Source of the DNA: an uncultured Chloroflexia bacterium
GTDB lineage: Bacteria > Chloroflexota > Limnocylindria > Limnocylindrales > CSP1-4
Direction: 5' to 3'
DNA: 64,000 nucleotides
Assembly: GCA_963819655.1 (NCBI GenBank)
Contig: CAWFXA010000002.1
Coordinates: 1,440,001-1,504,000, forward strand
Position numbers and translations under genes: made by a program. A model generated the notes under the pieces. It was not told the origin of the DNA and made no database searches. It saw only the letters and a list, made by a program, of their open reading frames with translations. Positions 51,274 through 59,897 of this stretch are shown here, one piece after another; the first letter of the stretch is position 1, and every line of letters starts with the position of its first letter.

Positions 51274-51695
51274 TCTTCGACCTCACTGATGCGGATGGCC
51301 TGCGCGCCCTCCCACAGGGCGCGACGACCGACCTCGCGCAGTCGATCCTGCCAGCCGTCATCCGGCACGATCGAGGCGAAGTGGTTCGCCGCCAACTGCC
51401 CGACCTTCGAGGACGTGGTGCATGCCCCGTACGGGAAGAAGATCTCGCACTCGCTGATGCCACCCGGGTACATCGCCAGCATCCCGGGCGCTGGGTGCGA
51501 GGTGTGGTTCTCGTAGTCGATGCCCGGGCGGAAGTCGCCGTACGGGATCCAGGTCGACTCGCCCGACCAGCGGCAATGGATGAGCTTCGAATCGATCGGC
51601 AGCATCCGGCGGATGGCCTCGATCGTCTGGGGCGCGGCGGGCTCCCAGCGGGCGCTAAAGTGCAGGTCACCGACCTCGATCCGCAGACGACCCAT
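51270..51695 (-). CDS. DUF3830 family protein (cyclophilin-like fold)
   Basis: APQT, IHCRWSGES, ENHTSHPAPG, YPGGISE, AANHFA. Confidence 0.8.
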   Translation of the reverse strand: MGRLRIEVGDLHFSARWEPAAPQTIEAIRRMLPIDSKLIHCRWSGESTWIPYGDFRPGIDYENHTSHPAPGMLAMYPGGISECEIFFPYGACTTSSKVGQLAANHFASIVPDDGWQDRLREVGRRALWEGAQAIRISEVED

Positions 51696-51709
51696 GCGCG
51701 GAGGATAGC

Positions 51710-52060
51710 GTGGCCGCCGACCCCGGACACCCGCAGCCGACCATCAGCACCCATGTTCTCGACACGGAACGTGGAGTGCCGGCGGCCGCGGTCCACGTCA
51801 CGCTCTATCGACTCGATGTCGGCGATGGCAAACCGGTCCGCATGACCCAGGCACTGACCGATGCCGACGGGCGGGTCCGCGACCTCCTCGAGCGACCGTT
51901 ACAGGCCGGCGACTATCGCCTCGAGTTCGATGTCGCGCATGAGGACGGGTCGTTCTTCACGAAGATCGCGGTCGACCTGCGGATCACCGACGTCGAGCGC
52001 AGCTACCACGTGCCACTGCTGCTGGCGTCGTATTCGATGACGACGTATCGGGGGTCCTGA
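51710..52060 (+). CDS. uraH: 5-hydroxyisourate hydrolase
   Basis: ISTHVLD, TDADGR, YHVPLL, C-terminal YRGS. Confidence 0.93.
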   Translation: MAADPGHPQPTISTHVLDTERGVPAAAVHVTLYRLDVGDGKPVRMTQALTDADGRVRDLLERPLQAGDYRLEFDVAHEDGSFFTKIAVDLRITDVERSYHVPLLLASYSMTTYRGS

Positions 52061-52080
52061 GTCAGTTCCCCGTTCCGTGC

Positions 52081-54072
52081 CTAGCGCAGTACCCCGAACC
52101 CATCGATGTCGACGCGCGGTCGCCCGACCGTCCCCGAGACGAACAGCTTCACCGTGTGGACGCCCGGCGTCGACCAGGCGCGGCTGAACAGGACGACCCG
52201 CGAGCGCGACGTTGATCGATACAGGTCGATCGTCGCGGCATAGACGCCATCGACATAGACCTTGGCCTTGCCGCTCGTCGGGCCCTGCCGGCCGACGATC
52301 GCGATCGACTTCGCATCCCGCTTGAATTCGACCCACGCGCCGGCCTGTGTCGACGTGCGCAGGTTGCTGTGACTGGCCGTGCTGGACGTGGTGTTGGTCC
52401 AGCGGCCCGAATACCGGGCGAGGCTCGTCCGCTCTTGGTACAGCGTTGCCGTGACGGCCGGGGACACCGCCTGGACTCCGACGTTTGCCGCACCGTCGCG
52501 GCCCGAAACGGCGAACTGGGTCGGCGTGCCGAAGGACATCGACACGTTGTAGGAGCGGCTCGTGACCGTGCCCGCAAGCACGGTCCAGGCACCACTGCCG
52601 ATGCGCCGTCGGACGACGTAGCTCGGGACGCCCGAGTGGTCGTCCGTCGCCGCTGGCCAGGACAGGGTCGTGCCGACTGTCGAGCCGATGATGGTGCCGG
52701 CGGTGATCCTATGGCTCGAGATAGCCTGTGCAGTCGGTCCCGCCATGTCGGCGGCTCGCCACGCGTTGACAAGGCGGCCGGTGACGGTCTTCCCGACGGT
52801 CGGCGCGAGAGTGTTCGCGCGGGTGAGGACCAACGATTTGAGGAGGCTCGGCGTGACGGGGTCCGTCACGGTGCCCGCATAGAGGGCCGCGACCCCGGTC
52901 ACGTGGGGTGCCGCCATGGACGTGCCCGCCGACCATGCCCAGCAGGGCGAGCAGCCCGGTTCAGCTGGCCAGGCGGACAGGATGTTCGTGCCCGGGGCCG
53001 AGACGTCGACCGTGGTCGCTCCGTAGTTCGAGAAGCTCGCCAGGCTGCCGCGCTGATCGATCGCCGCGACGCTGAGGATGTTCGCGAGCGGGAATTCGGC
53101 CGGGTAGAAGTTGTAGGAGGAGCTGTCGATGTTGCGCCCCGCGTTCCCGGCGGCTGCGACGAACAGGGCATTCGACTCGTTGATGGTGTTCTCCAGCGGG
53201 TTGCTGTCCAGGGACCCTCCCCACGAGGCGTTGATGATCGGGACGTCGAACGACGCGGCGTAGTCGATCGCCTGCATCGCCATCGCGTCGGTGCCGCAGT
53301 CCTCGCTGTCATCGATGAACTTGACGGCCATGATCTGGACCGCCGGGGCCACGCCGACCACGCCTGACCCGTTCAGCGACGCGCCGATCGTGCCGGCCAC
53401 GTGCGTCCCGTGCGCGTCCTGTCCGGCGTCGTGGACGGACGGGTTGTCGTTGCAGAAATCCCAGCCATGGATGTCGTCAGCGAAGCCGTTCAGGTCGTCG
53501 TCGACGCCGTTCCCCGCGATCTCGCCGGGGTTGGTCCATGCCGCTCCCGCGAGGTCCGGGTGGTTGAAATCGACACCGTCGTCGATGACCGCGACGACGA
53601 TCGAGGGATCGCCCTGCGTGATCCGCAGCGCCTCGAGGCCGTCGATGTCGATGTCGGCGATGCCCTTTTGTAGCTGCGTGCCGTCGAGGGTCTGCCCTGT
53701 GTTGTGGAGACCCCACTCGCTCGGGAAACCCGGCTCGGACGTGGGTTCGGCAACGAGCTCGCGGCGGTGGTTCGGGGCGACGGCGAGGACGCGCGGGTCT
53801 GCGTCGAGGTGGCGCCGGACGGTGGCGGTCGACAGGCCGGGGCCGACGACGACCTGGGTTCGCCCGTTCTCGCTGGTCGACACGACCTCCAGGCCGAGAT
53901 CGCGTGTCACGGCGCGCCGTTGAGCGGACGTAACGTCCGCTGGGTAGCGGATCACGACTTCATCAGCCGACGAGGGCGGTGCCGTTGGGTCAGCGGCGGT
54001 CACGCCGGTCGGGCTGATCACGCTGGCGGCGAGGGCGACCGAGAGCAGGATCGAGTGACGGGATGCGCGCAT
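52081..54072 (-). CDS. Secreted S8 subtilisin-like protease with FN3-like and beta-sandwich C-terminal domains
   Basis: Signal peptide; VIDDG, HGTHVAG, AAGN, GTSMAAPHV. Confidence 0.92.
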   Translation of the reverse strand: MRASRHSILLSVALAASVISPTGVTAADPTAPPSSADEVVIRYPADVTSAQRRAVTRDLGLEVVSTSENGRTQVVVGPGLSTATVRRHLDADPRVLAVAPNHRRELVAEPTSEPGFPSEWGLHNTGQTLDGTQLQKGIADIDIDGLEALRITQGDPSIVVAVIDDGVDFNHPDLAGAAWTNPGEIAGNGVDDDLNGFADDIHGWDFCNDNPSVHDAGQDAHGTHVAGTIGASLNGSGVVGVAPAVQIMAVKFIDDSEDCGTDAMAMQAIDYAASFDVPIINASWGGSLDSNPLENTINESNALFVAAAGNAGRNIDSSSYNFYPAEFPLANILSVAAIDQRGSLASFSNYGATTVDVSAPGTNILSAWPAEPGCSPCWAWSAGTSMAAPHVTGVAALYAGTVTDPVTPSLLKSLVLTRANTLAPTVGKTVTGRLVNAWRAADMAGPTAQAISSHRITAGTIIGSTVGTTLSWPAATDDHSGVPSYVVRRRIGSGAWTVLAGTVTSRSYNVSMSFGTPTQFAVSGRDGAANVGVQAVSPAVTATLYQERTSLARYSGRWTNTTSSTASHSNLRTSTQAGAWVEFKRDAKSIAIVGRQGPTSGKAKVYVDGVYAATIDLYRSTSRSRVVLFSRAWSTPGVHTVKLFVSGTVGRPRVDIDGFGVLR

Positions 54073-54148
54073 CGGCGACCATCGTACGCCGGTCGGTCGT
54101 GCGGGCGTGACAGCCTAGATGTCACGGGTGGGTCCTAGTGTCCGGGGC

Positions 54149-55399
54149 ATGGAAGCGCACGTCATCCCGCTGCACCAGGCCGTCCGGCTCGAGGGCGACC
54201 GGATCGTCGTCGAGCGCCTGTCCCTGTCGGACCCGACCCTCGCCGCGTTCCTGGGGGAGCGCCCGGCGGGGGATCGGGGTCCGATCGTCGAGCGTGCGCT
54301 GCGCATCGGCCTCATCGCCCTGCAGGACGCGGGCGTGACCGTGAACGTCGACGCGGTGCGCACGGAGTTCGAGCGGCTCGTCCGTCAGGCCGAGCAGGTG
54401 AACGAGCGAGCCGCCGCTGCGCTCGAGCAGACGCTGCGCGCGAACTTCGCGGACGGTGACGGCCGCCTGCCACGGACTCTGGAGAAGTTCCTCGGCGATC
54501 GCGGCGCGCTGCGCTCGATGGTCGACGAGCTGTTCGACGAGAAGAAGCGTGACAGCGCCATCGGGCGGATCGGCTCGATGCTCGAGCGGTACTTCGACGG
54601 CGATGCCTCGAAGCTCGCGCTGCTCCTCGACCCGACGCGCCTCAACTCGCCGATGCACCAGTTCCGCCAGGAGATCGCGGCAGGGTTCAAGAGCCTCGAG
54701 GAGCGTCTCGTGGCGATCGAGGCCGCGGCCGCGGCCCGGGGTGCCGAGAGGGCCCGGTCCGCGGCGAAGGGCGCCGATTTCGAGGATCTCCTCGCCGAGA
54801 TGCTCGGCGACATCGCACGCGGCGCGGGCGACCTCCTGGACCGGACGACCCTCGAGGCAGGCGCCGTGATGAAGTCGAAGAAGGGCGATTTCGTGCTGAC
54901 CGTGGACTCGTCGGTCGCGCGGGGCTGCGACCTGCGCGTCGTGATCGAGGCCAAGGACCGGCCGATGTCGATGCGGGCCATGCGCGACGAGCTGCGAGAG
55001 GCGCGGGAGAACCGCGGTGCGGCGGTCGCGGTCGCGGTGTTCACGCCGGCTCATGCCCCGACAGGGGTCGCGCCGTTCAGCCTGGTCGGTGGCGATGTCT
55101 ACTGCGTCATCGATCCGGATGCGCCCGAGCCTGCCACGCTCGAGGCTGCAGTGCGCCTCGCTCGCCTCCTGGCGCTTGCGTCACTTGCCGAGCGCGAGGT
55201 CGCCGTCGATGCGGCGGCCATCGGGTCGGCCCTCACGGCCATCCGGGAGCAGCTCGAGGTGGTGCGTCAGCTCAAGTCGCAGCTGACCTCGATCTCGAAT
55301 GCGACGAAGGCCGTGTGGTCGGGACTCGACACGATGCGTTCGAGCATCCTCGCCCGGGTCAGCGAGGCGGAATCCGAGATCCGGACGGCGGTGAACTGA
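54149..55399 (+). CDS. Coiled-coil protein with PD-(D/E)xK-like domain (RmuC/DUF2130-like)
   Basis: Long helical segments around KGADFE...KGDFVL...VIEAKD. Confidence 0.65.
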   Translation: MEAHVIPLHQAVRLEGDRIVVERLSLSDPTLAAFLGERPAGDRGPIVERALRIGLIALQDAGVTVNVDAVRTEFERLVRQAEQVNERAAAALEQTLRANFADGDGRLPRTLEKFLGDRGALRSMVDELFDEKKRDSAIGRIGSMLERYFDGDASKLALLLDPTRLNSPMHQFRQEIAAGFKSLEERLVAIEAAAAARGAERARSAAKGADFEDLLAEMLGDIARGAGDLLDRTTLEAGAVMKSKKGDFVLTVDSSVARGCDLRVVIEAKDRPMSMRAMRDELREARENRGAAVAVAVFTPAHAPTGVAPFSLVGGDVYCVIDPDAPEPATLEAAVRLARLLALASLAEREVAVDAAAIGSALTAIREQLEVVRQLKSQLTSISNATKAVWSGLDTMRSSILARVSEAESEIRTAVN

Positions 55400-55407
55400 C
55401 GGGTCCC

Positions 55408-55450
55408 GGTCCGGTGCGGTTAGGAACGTTGCCTAACCGCGACCCGGACC
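55408..55450 (+). terminator. Long hairpin after the 54149 gene
   Basis: ggtccgg-t-gcggttagg-aacgttg-cctaaccgc-gac-ccggacc. Confidence 0.5.
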
Positions 55451-55556
55451 AAGGGGCTGCTGCGCGCGGCTAGGCAGGTGGGGGATGATGTGCGTGAGTC
55501 AGCGCACGTCGAACGAGCGATCGGCTCCTCCGCGGACCCGATGAGCCGGAGAATCG

Positions 55557-58064
55557 ATGCGCCGCATCGCAGCCCTCGCCCTTGCCGCCGTGGTCGCGCT
55601 CCCGATGGTCTCGCCCGTTGCGGCGGCCGATCCGCTGGCGCCTGCCGAACCGTCGCCACCGACCGAGCCGACCCCGTCGGCTGAGCCGATCGCGCCCCCG
55701 GAGCCGACACCGACGGCCGACCCCGAGCCCACGCCCGCGTCCGAGCCGACACCGGGCCCGATCAGCGACCCGTCACCGACCGCCGAGCCGACGCCAGCCG
55801 CCGATCCCGGACCGGTTGTCGTCCCGTCCGAATCGGCAGCGCCGAAGGCCACGGGCAAGAGCGCACCGGAGGCCCTCGTCGACGCGGAGGGCCGGCCGAT
55901 CGCGACCGGTCGCTACATCGTCGTCCTCGCAGGATCGGCCGACACCAGCAAGGTCCTGACCCGACATCGGCAGCGAGAAGGCACGAAGGCGGAGCGCGCC
56001 TTCAAGCACGCATTCCGCGGCTTCACAGCCAGGTTGGACACCGCTCAACGCCGAGCCCTCCTCGCCGACCCGAGCGTCAAGGCGGTCGTCCCCGACGAGG
56101 TCATCTCGATCGCCGCCCAGACGACCCCGACCGGGGTCGCGCGGGTCGGCACCCTGCAGTCGAGCCTCTCGAACGTCGACGGTGTCGACGACCGGGTCGA
56201 CGCAGACGTGGCCATCGTCGATACCGGCATCGCCGCGCATCCGGACCTCGTCGTGGCCGGCGGCTATAACTGCTCGAGCGCCGACCGGACGCGCTGGGCG
56301 GACGAGCACGGCCACGGGACCCACGTCGCCGGAACCGTCGGCGCCCGCGATAACACGATCGGCGTCGTGGGCGTCGCCCCGGGCGTCCGGCTGTGGTCGG
56401 TGCGGATCCTCAACTCGAGCGGCAGCGGGCTGCTGTCGTGGTACGTCTGCGGGCTGGACTGGATCCTCGCCCAGCGCGACCCGGAGGACTCCTCGCGGCC
56501 GCTGATCGAGGCGGTCAACATGAGCGTCGCCAAGACGGGTTCGGACGACGCGAACTGCGGGTTCTCGAACAGGGACGTCCTTCACCAGGCCATCTGCCGG
56601 CTCTACGCTCGCGGCATCACCGTCGTCGCCGCGGCAGCAAACGAGCGGCGCAGCGCGGCAGGCTACGTCCCGGCGGCCTACAACCAGGTCATCACGGTTT
56701 CGGCCCTGGCCGACACGGACGGCAGAGCCGGCGGCCTGGGCGGCAGCCGCTGTTACTCGTGGGGCGGCTACGACCGCGACGACACGTTCGCCGACTTCAG
56801 CAACTACGGATCGGACGTCGACCTGATCGCGCCGGGCAAGTGCATCTGGTCGACCAAGCCCGGTCCGACATACGGCTACTCGTCCGGGACGTCGATGGCG
56901 GCTCCCGCGGTCACCGGCGCCGTCGCGCTCTACAAGTCGACCCGCCCACTGGCGACCCCGGCCGAGGTTCGCGAGTCCCTGCGCTACCTCGGCAACCAGG
57001 GCTGGTACACGTCCACGGACCCGGATCCCTATCACGAGCCCCTGCTCGGCGTGTCGCGCATCGGGACGCTCGGCACGTTCTCGCTGTCGGCGCCGACCGC
57101 CGGCATGATCACCTCGAAGGGCGGCTCGGTGTTCGTCCCGGTGTCGGTCACACGGACGTCGACCTTCTTCGAGCGCGTCCGGTTCACGGTCACCGGTGTG
57201 CCGTCCGGCTGGGCCGTGGCGCTCACCGCCCCGAGCGTCTTCGGCTGGACCGCGAAGTCGACGTCGGTGCGGGTCACGGTCCCCTCGACGGCCAAACCGG
57301 GCACCTATCACATGCAGGTCAACGGCACCAACTGGGGTCGCACGAAATCGACCACGCTGACGGTGCAGGTCGCGGCTGACCTGCCGACCGCGAAGGCGCC
57401 GGTCGTGTCGGTCCTGTCCGCGTCAAGCCTCGGTCGGTCGTCGACCGGCGCGAACTCCGTGACGCTGCGCGCCAGCTGGTCGGCCGCCACGGATCCGTCG
57501 GACCGGATCGTGCGCTACGAGATCGAGCGCAACGCCAACGGCGGCGCCTGGGGCTGGACGAAGGCGACGTCGGCATCGGTGCGATCGACGTCGTTCTCCG
57601 GACTTGCCTTCGGGACTACCTACCGGTTTCGCGTGAGGGCGCAGGACAGCGACGGTGATTGGAGCCCGTGGGCCATCTCCGGCGTCGCGCTGACGCCCGC
57701 CCTGGTGAGCGACCGGTCGACCCTTGTCACCTACCGCGGTGCCTGGACCCGCGCCGCCAGCACATACGCCACGAATGGCGGGATCACCACCTCGACGCAG
57801 GCGGGCGCGGCCGCCCGGTACCGGTTCACCGGCCGGACCGTCGCGGTCGTTGCTCCCACGAGCTCGCTGCGCGGTCGAGCGACCATCTACATCGACGGCG
57901 TCTACAAGGCGACCATCGAATTGCGCACGTCGTCATACATCTATCGGCGCGTCGTCTACGTCGGCAACTGGAGCGCCGTCGGCACGCACACGATCGAGAT
58001 GCGCGTGGTTGGCACCTCCGGGCGTCCGACCGTCTCGCTCGACGGGTTCGTCGTCCTCCAGTAG
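55557..58064 (+). CDS. Secreted S8 protease with I9 propeptide, FN3 and C-terminal beta-sandwich
   Basis: Signal peptide, Pro-rich linker, RYIVVL, VDTGI, HGTHVAG, GTSMAAP, YRFRVRAQD. Confidence 0.92.
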   Translation: MRRIAALALAAVVALPMVSPVAAADPLAPAEPSPPTEPTPSAEPIAPPEPTPTADPEPTPASEPTPGPISDPSPTAEPTPAADPGPVVVPSESAAPKATGKSAPEALVDAEGRPIATGRYIVVLAGSADTSKVLTRHRQREGTKAERAFKHAFRGFTARLDTAQRRALLADPSVKAVVPDEVISIAAQTTPTGVARVGTLQSSLSNVDGVDDRVDADVAIVDTGIAAHPDLVVAGGYNCSSADRTRWADEHGHGTHVAGTVGARDNTIGVVGVAPGVRLWSVRILNSSGSGLLSWYVCGLDWILAQRDPEDSSRPLIEAVNMSVAKTGSDDANCGFSNRDVLHQAICRLYARGITVVAAAANERRSAAGYVPAAYNQVITVSALADTDGRAGGLGGSRCYSWGGYDRDDTFADFSNYGSDVDLIAPGKCIWSTKPGPTYGYSSGTSMAAPAVTGAVALYKSTRPLATPAEVRESLRYLGNQGWYTSTDPDPYHEPLLGVSRIGTLGTFSLSAPTAGMITSKGGSVFVPVSVTRTSTFFERVRFTVTGVPSGWAVALTAPSVFGWTAKSTSVRVTVPSTAKPGTYHMQVNGTNWGRTKSTTLTVQVAADLPTAKAPVVSVLSASSLGRSSTGANSVTLRASWSAATDPSDRIVRYEIERNANGGAWGWTKATSASVRSTSFSGLAFGTTYRFRVRAQDSDGDWSPWAISGVALTPALVSDRSTLVTYRGAWTRAASTYATNGGITTSTQAGAAARYRFTGRTVAVVAPTSSLRGRATIYIDGVYKATIELRTSSYIYRRVVYVGNWSAVGTHTIEMRVVGTSGRPTVSLDGFVVLQ

Positions 58065-58195
58065 CGGCGCGGTCATCCGCCCGCCGCACGCCATCGAGGG
58101 GCGCCGTTAACGGCCCAGCTTGCCCGTGTGCGCTATCGTGACCGTCCGACGAACCGGGCCGGGTACCCGGGGCGCATGCACGAGGTGGAAGAGCC

Positions 58196-59128
58196 GTGGC
58201 GAGAGCGATGTGGAAGGGGGCCATCCAGTTCGGCCTGGTCACCATCCCGATCAAGCTCTATCTCGCGACCGAGTCCAAGGGCATCAGCTTCAACATGCTC
58301 CACAAGAAGGACCTCTCGCGGATCCAGATGAAGATCTTCTGCCCGATCGAGGACGAGGTGATCTCGCGCAGCGACACCGTGAAGGGGTACGAGTACTCGT
58401 CCGGCGAGTACGTCGTCGTCACGGACGAGGACCTAGAGAAGGTGCCGCTCAAGACGGTCCGCTCCATCGAGATCGAGCAGTTCACGAAGGCGGAGCGTGA
58501 CGACAACGCAGTGCGCTTCGTGAAGTCCGCGTACTACGTCGAGCCCGACAAGATCGGCCGCAAGGCGTTCTACCTGCTGAAGTCGGTCCTCGAGGACGAG
58601 GGCCTCACCGCGATCTGCAAGGTCGTGATCAAGGACCGCGAGGCGCTCGCGGCACTGGATCCCTTCGCCGAGACGCTGCTGCTGACCACGCTCCACTGGC
58701 CGGACGAGATCCGCTCGATCAAGGAGCTGGACCTGCCCGAGGAGGAGTTCGACTTCAAGCCGGCCGAGCTCACGATGGCCAAGCAGCTCGTGTCGGCGAT
58801 GACCGGGACGTTCGACCCGTCCCAGTACAAGGACGAGTACCGCGAGGCGCTCGAGCAGATCATCGAGGCCAAGGTCGAAGGCCGCGAGACGGTCGAGATC
58901 GAGGAGCCCGAAGAGAGCGGCAAGCTCATCGACCTGATGGCGGCACTCGAGGCATCGGTCTCGCAGGCCAAGGCGGCGCGCGAGGCCGGCGCCGAGAAGC
59001 CGGTCTCCGTGGCCGAGGCCCGCGAGAAGAAGACGGCGGGGACCCGCAAGGCGGCCGCCAGCACGGCCACTGCGGACGAGGCCGAGGAGGCCAAGGCCAA
59101 GCCAGCCCGCAAGCGCAAGACCGCCTGA
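58196..59128 (+). CDS. ku: NHEJ Ku protein
   Basis: MWKGAIQFGLVTIPIKLY, VKGYEY, LHWPDEIR, YKDEYR, IDLMAALEASV, basic tail. Confidence 0.96.
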   Translation: MARAMWKGAIQFGLVTIPIKLYLATESKGISFNMLHKKDLSRIQMKIFCPIEDEVISRSDTVKGYEYSSGEYVVVTDEDLEKVPLKTVRSIEIEQFTKAERDDNAVRFVKSAYYVEPDKIGRKAFYLLKSVLEDEGLTAICKVVIKDREALAALDPFAETLLLTTLHWPDEIRSIKELDLPEEEFDFKPAELTMAKQLVSAMTGTFDPSQYKDEYREALEQIIEAKVEGRETVEIEEPEESGKLIDLMAALEASVSQAKAAREAGAEKPVSVAEAREKKTAGTRKAAASTATADEAEEAKAKPARKRKTA

Positions 59129-59163
59129 CCCACCCGAGCCCGGGATCACGCGGGCGAACGTCT

Positions 59164-59427
59164 ATGCCCGAGCGACGCGACGAGCCGATGCGGATCCGGC
59201 TCGACCCGGAACGCCGAACGATGCTTCTCGACGCGATCAAGCGCTTCTACAGGGATGAGTTCGACGAGCTGCTGAGCGAGTTCCGGGCCGCGACACTGCT
59301 CGACTTCTTCGTGCGCGAGCTCGGACCGCCGGTCTACAACCAGGGCGTCCGCGATGCTGCCGGCTACGTCCAGGAAAAGCTGATGGACATCGAGGGCGAG
59401 GTCTACGAGCGGGAGCCGGAGCGTTGA
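59164..59427 (+). CDS. DUF2164 family protein
   Basis: LLDFF..ELGP.VYNQGV.DA. Confidence 0.85.
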   Translation: MPERRDEPMRIRLDPERRTMLLDAIKRFYRDEFDELLSEFRAATLLDFFVRELGPPVYNQGVRDAAGYVQEKLMDIEGEVYEREPER

Positions 59428-59452
59428 CCGTGGGAGTCGGATCTCCGGCGCA

Positions 59453-59867
59453 TTCCCCGCCAAATACTCGCCGCCGGAGTCTTAGGCGCTGATCCGGCCC
59501 GTTTGAGGGCCCGGTGGCTGTTCCAACGCCCGATCCAAGCACGAAAACGGCGTGACTTGCCTCGTCGGGCCGGCGCACCGCCCGAATTCGGCGCCCAAGG
59601 CTCCCCGGGCGAGTATCTGGCGGCCTAACCGGGTTGCGCCGCCCTCGCGTCGCCAACCGTCGCCGTTCCCCGCCAAATACTCGCCGCGGGAGTCTTAGGC
59701 GCTGATCCGCCCCGTTGAGGGGCCTGGCGGCTGTTCCGCCGCACGATCCACGCACGAAAGCGGCGTGACTTGCCTCGCCGGGCCGGCGCACCGCCCGAAT
59801 TCGGCGCCCAAGACTCCCCGGTCGAGTATCTGGCGGCCTAACCGGGTGGCGCCGCCCCGCGTCGCCA
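59453..59867. repeat. 213-bp tandem duplication; each unit has a 167-bp core with about 33-bp terminal inverted repeats
   Basis: Units start at 59453 and 59666; cores are 59457-59623 and 59670-59836 (ccgccaaatactcg...cgagtatctggcgg). Confidence 0.88.
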
Positions 59868-59897
59868 CGCCCGACCCTGCTGCGGCACACTCCACGG

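Noticed and set aside
55416-55440. attC-like GTTAGG/GCCTAAC palindrome
   Set aside because: The core sites are in the wrong order and too close together; a terminator-like hairpin explains it better.
59453-59867. CRISPR array or integron attC sites (GCCTAAC and cTTAGGC occur in the repeats)
   Set aside because: Only two 213-bp units with no unique spacers, no cas or intI gene, and no attC-type hairpin between RYYYAAC and a true GTTRRRY.
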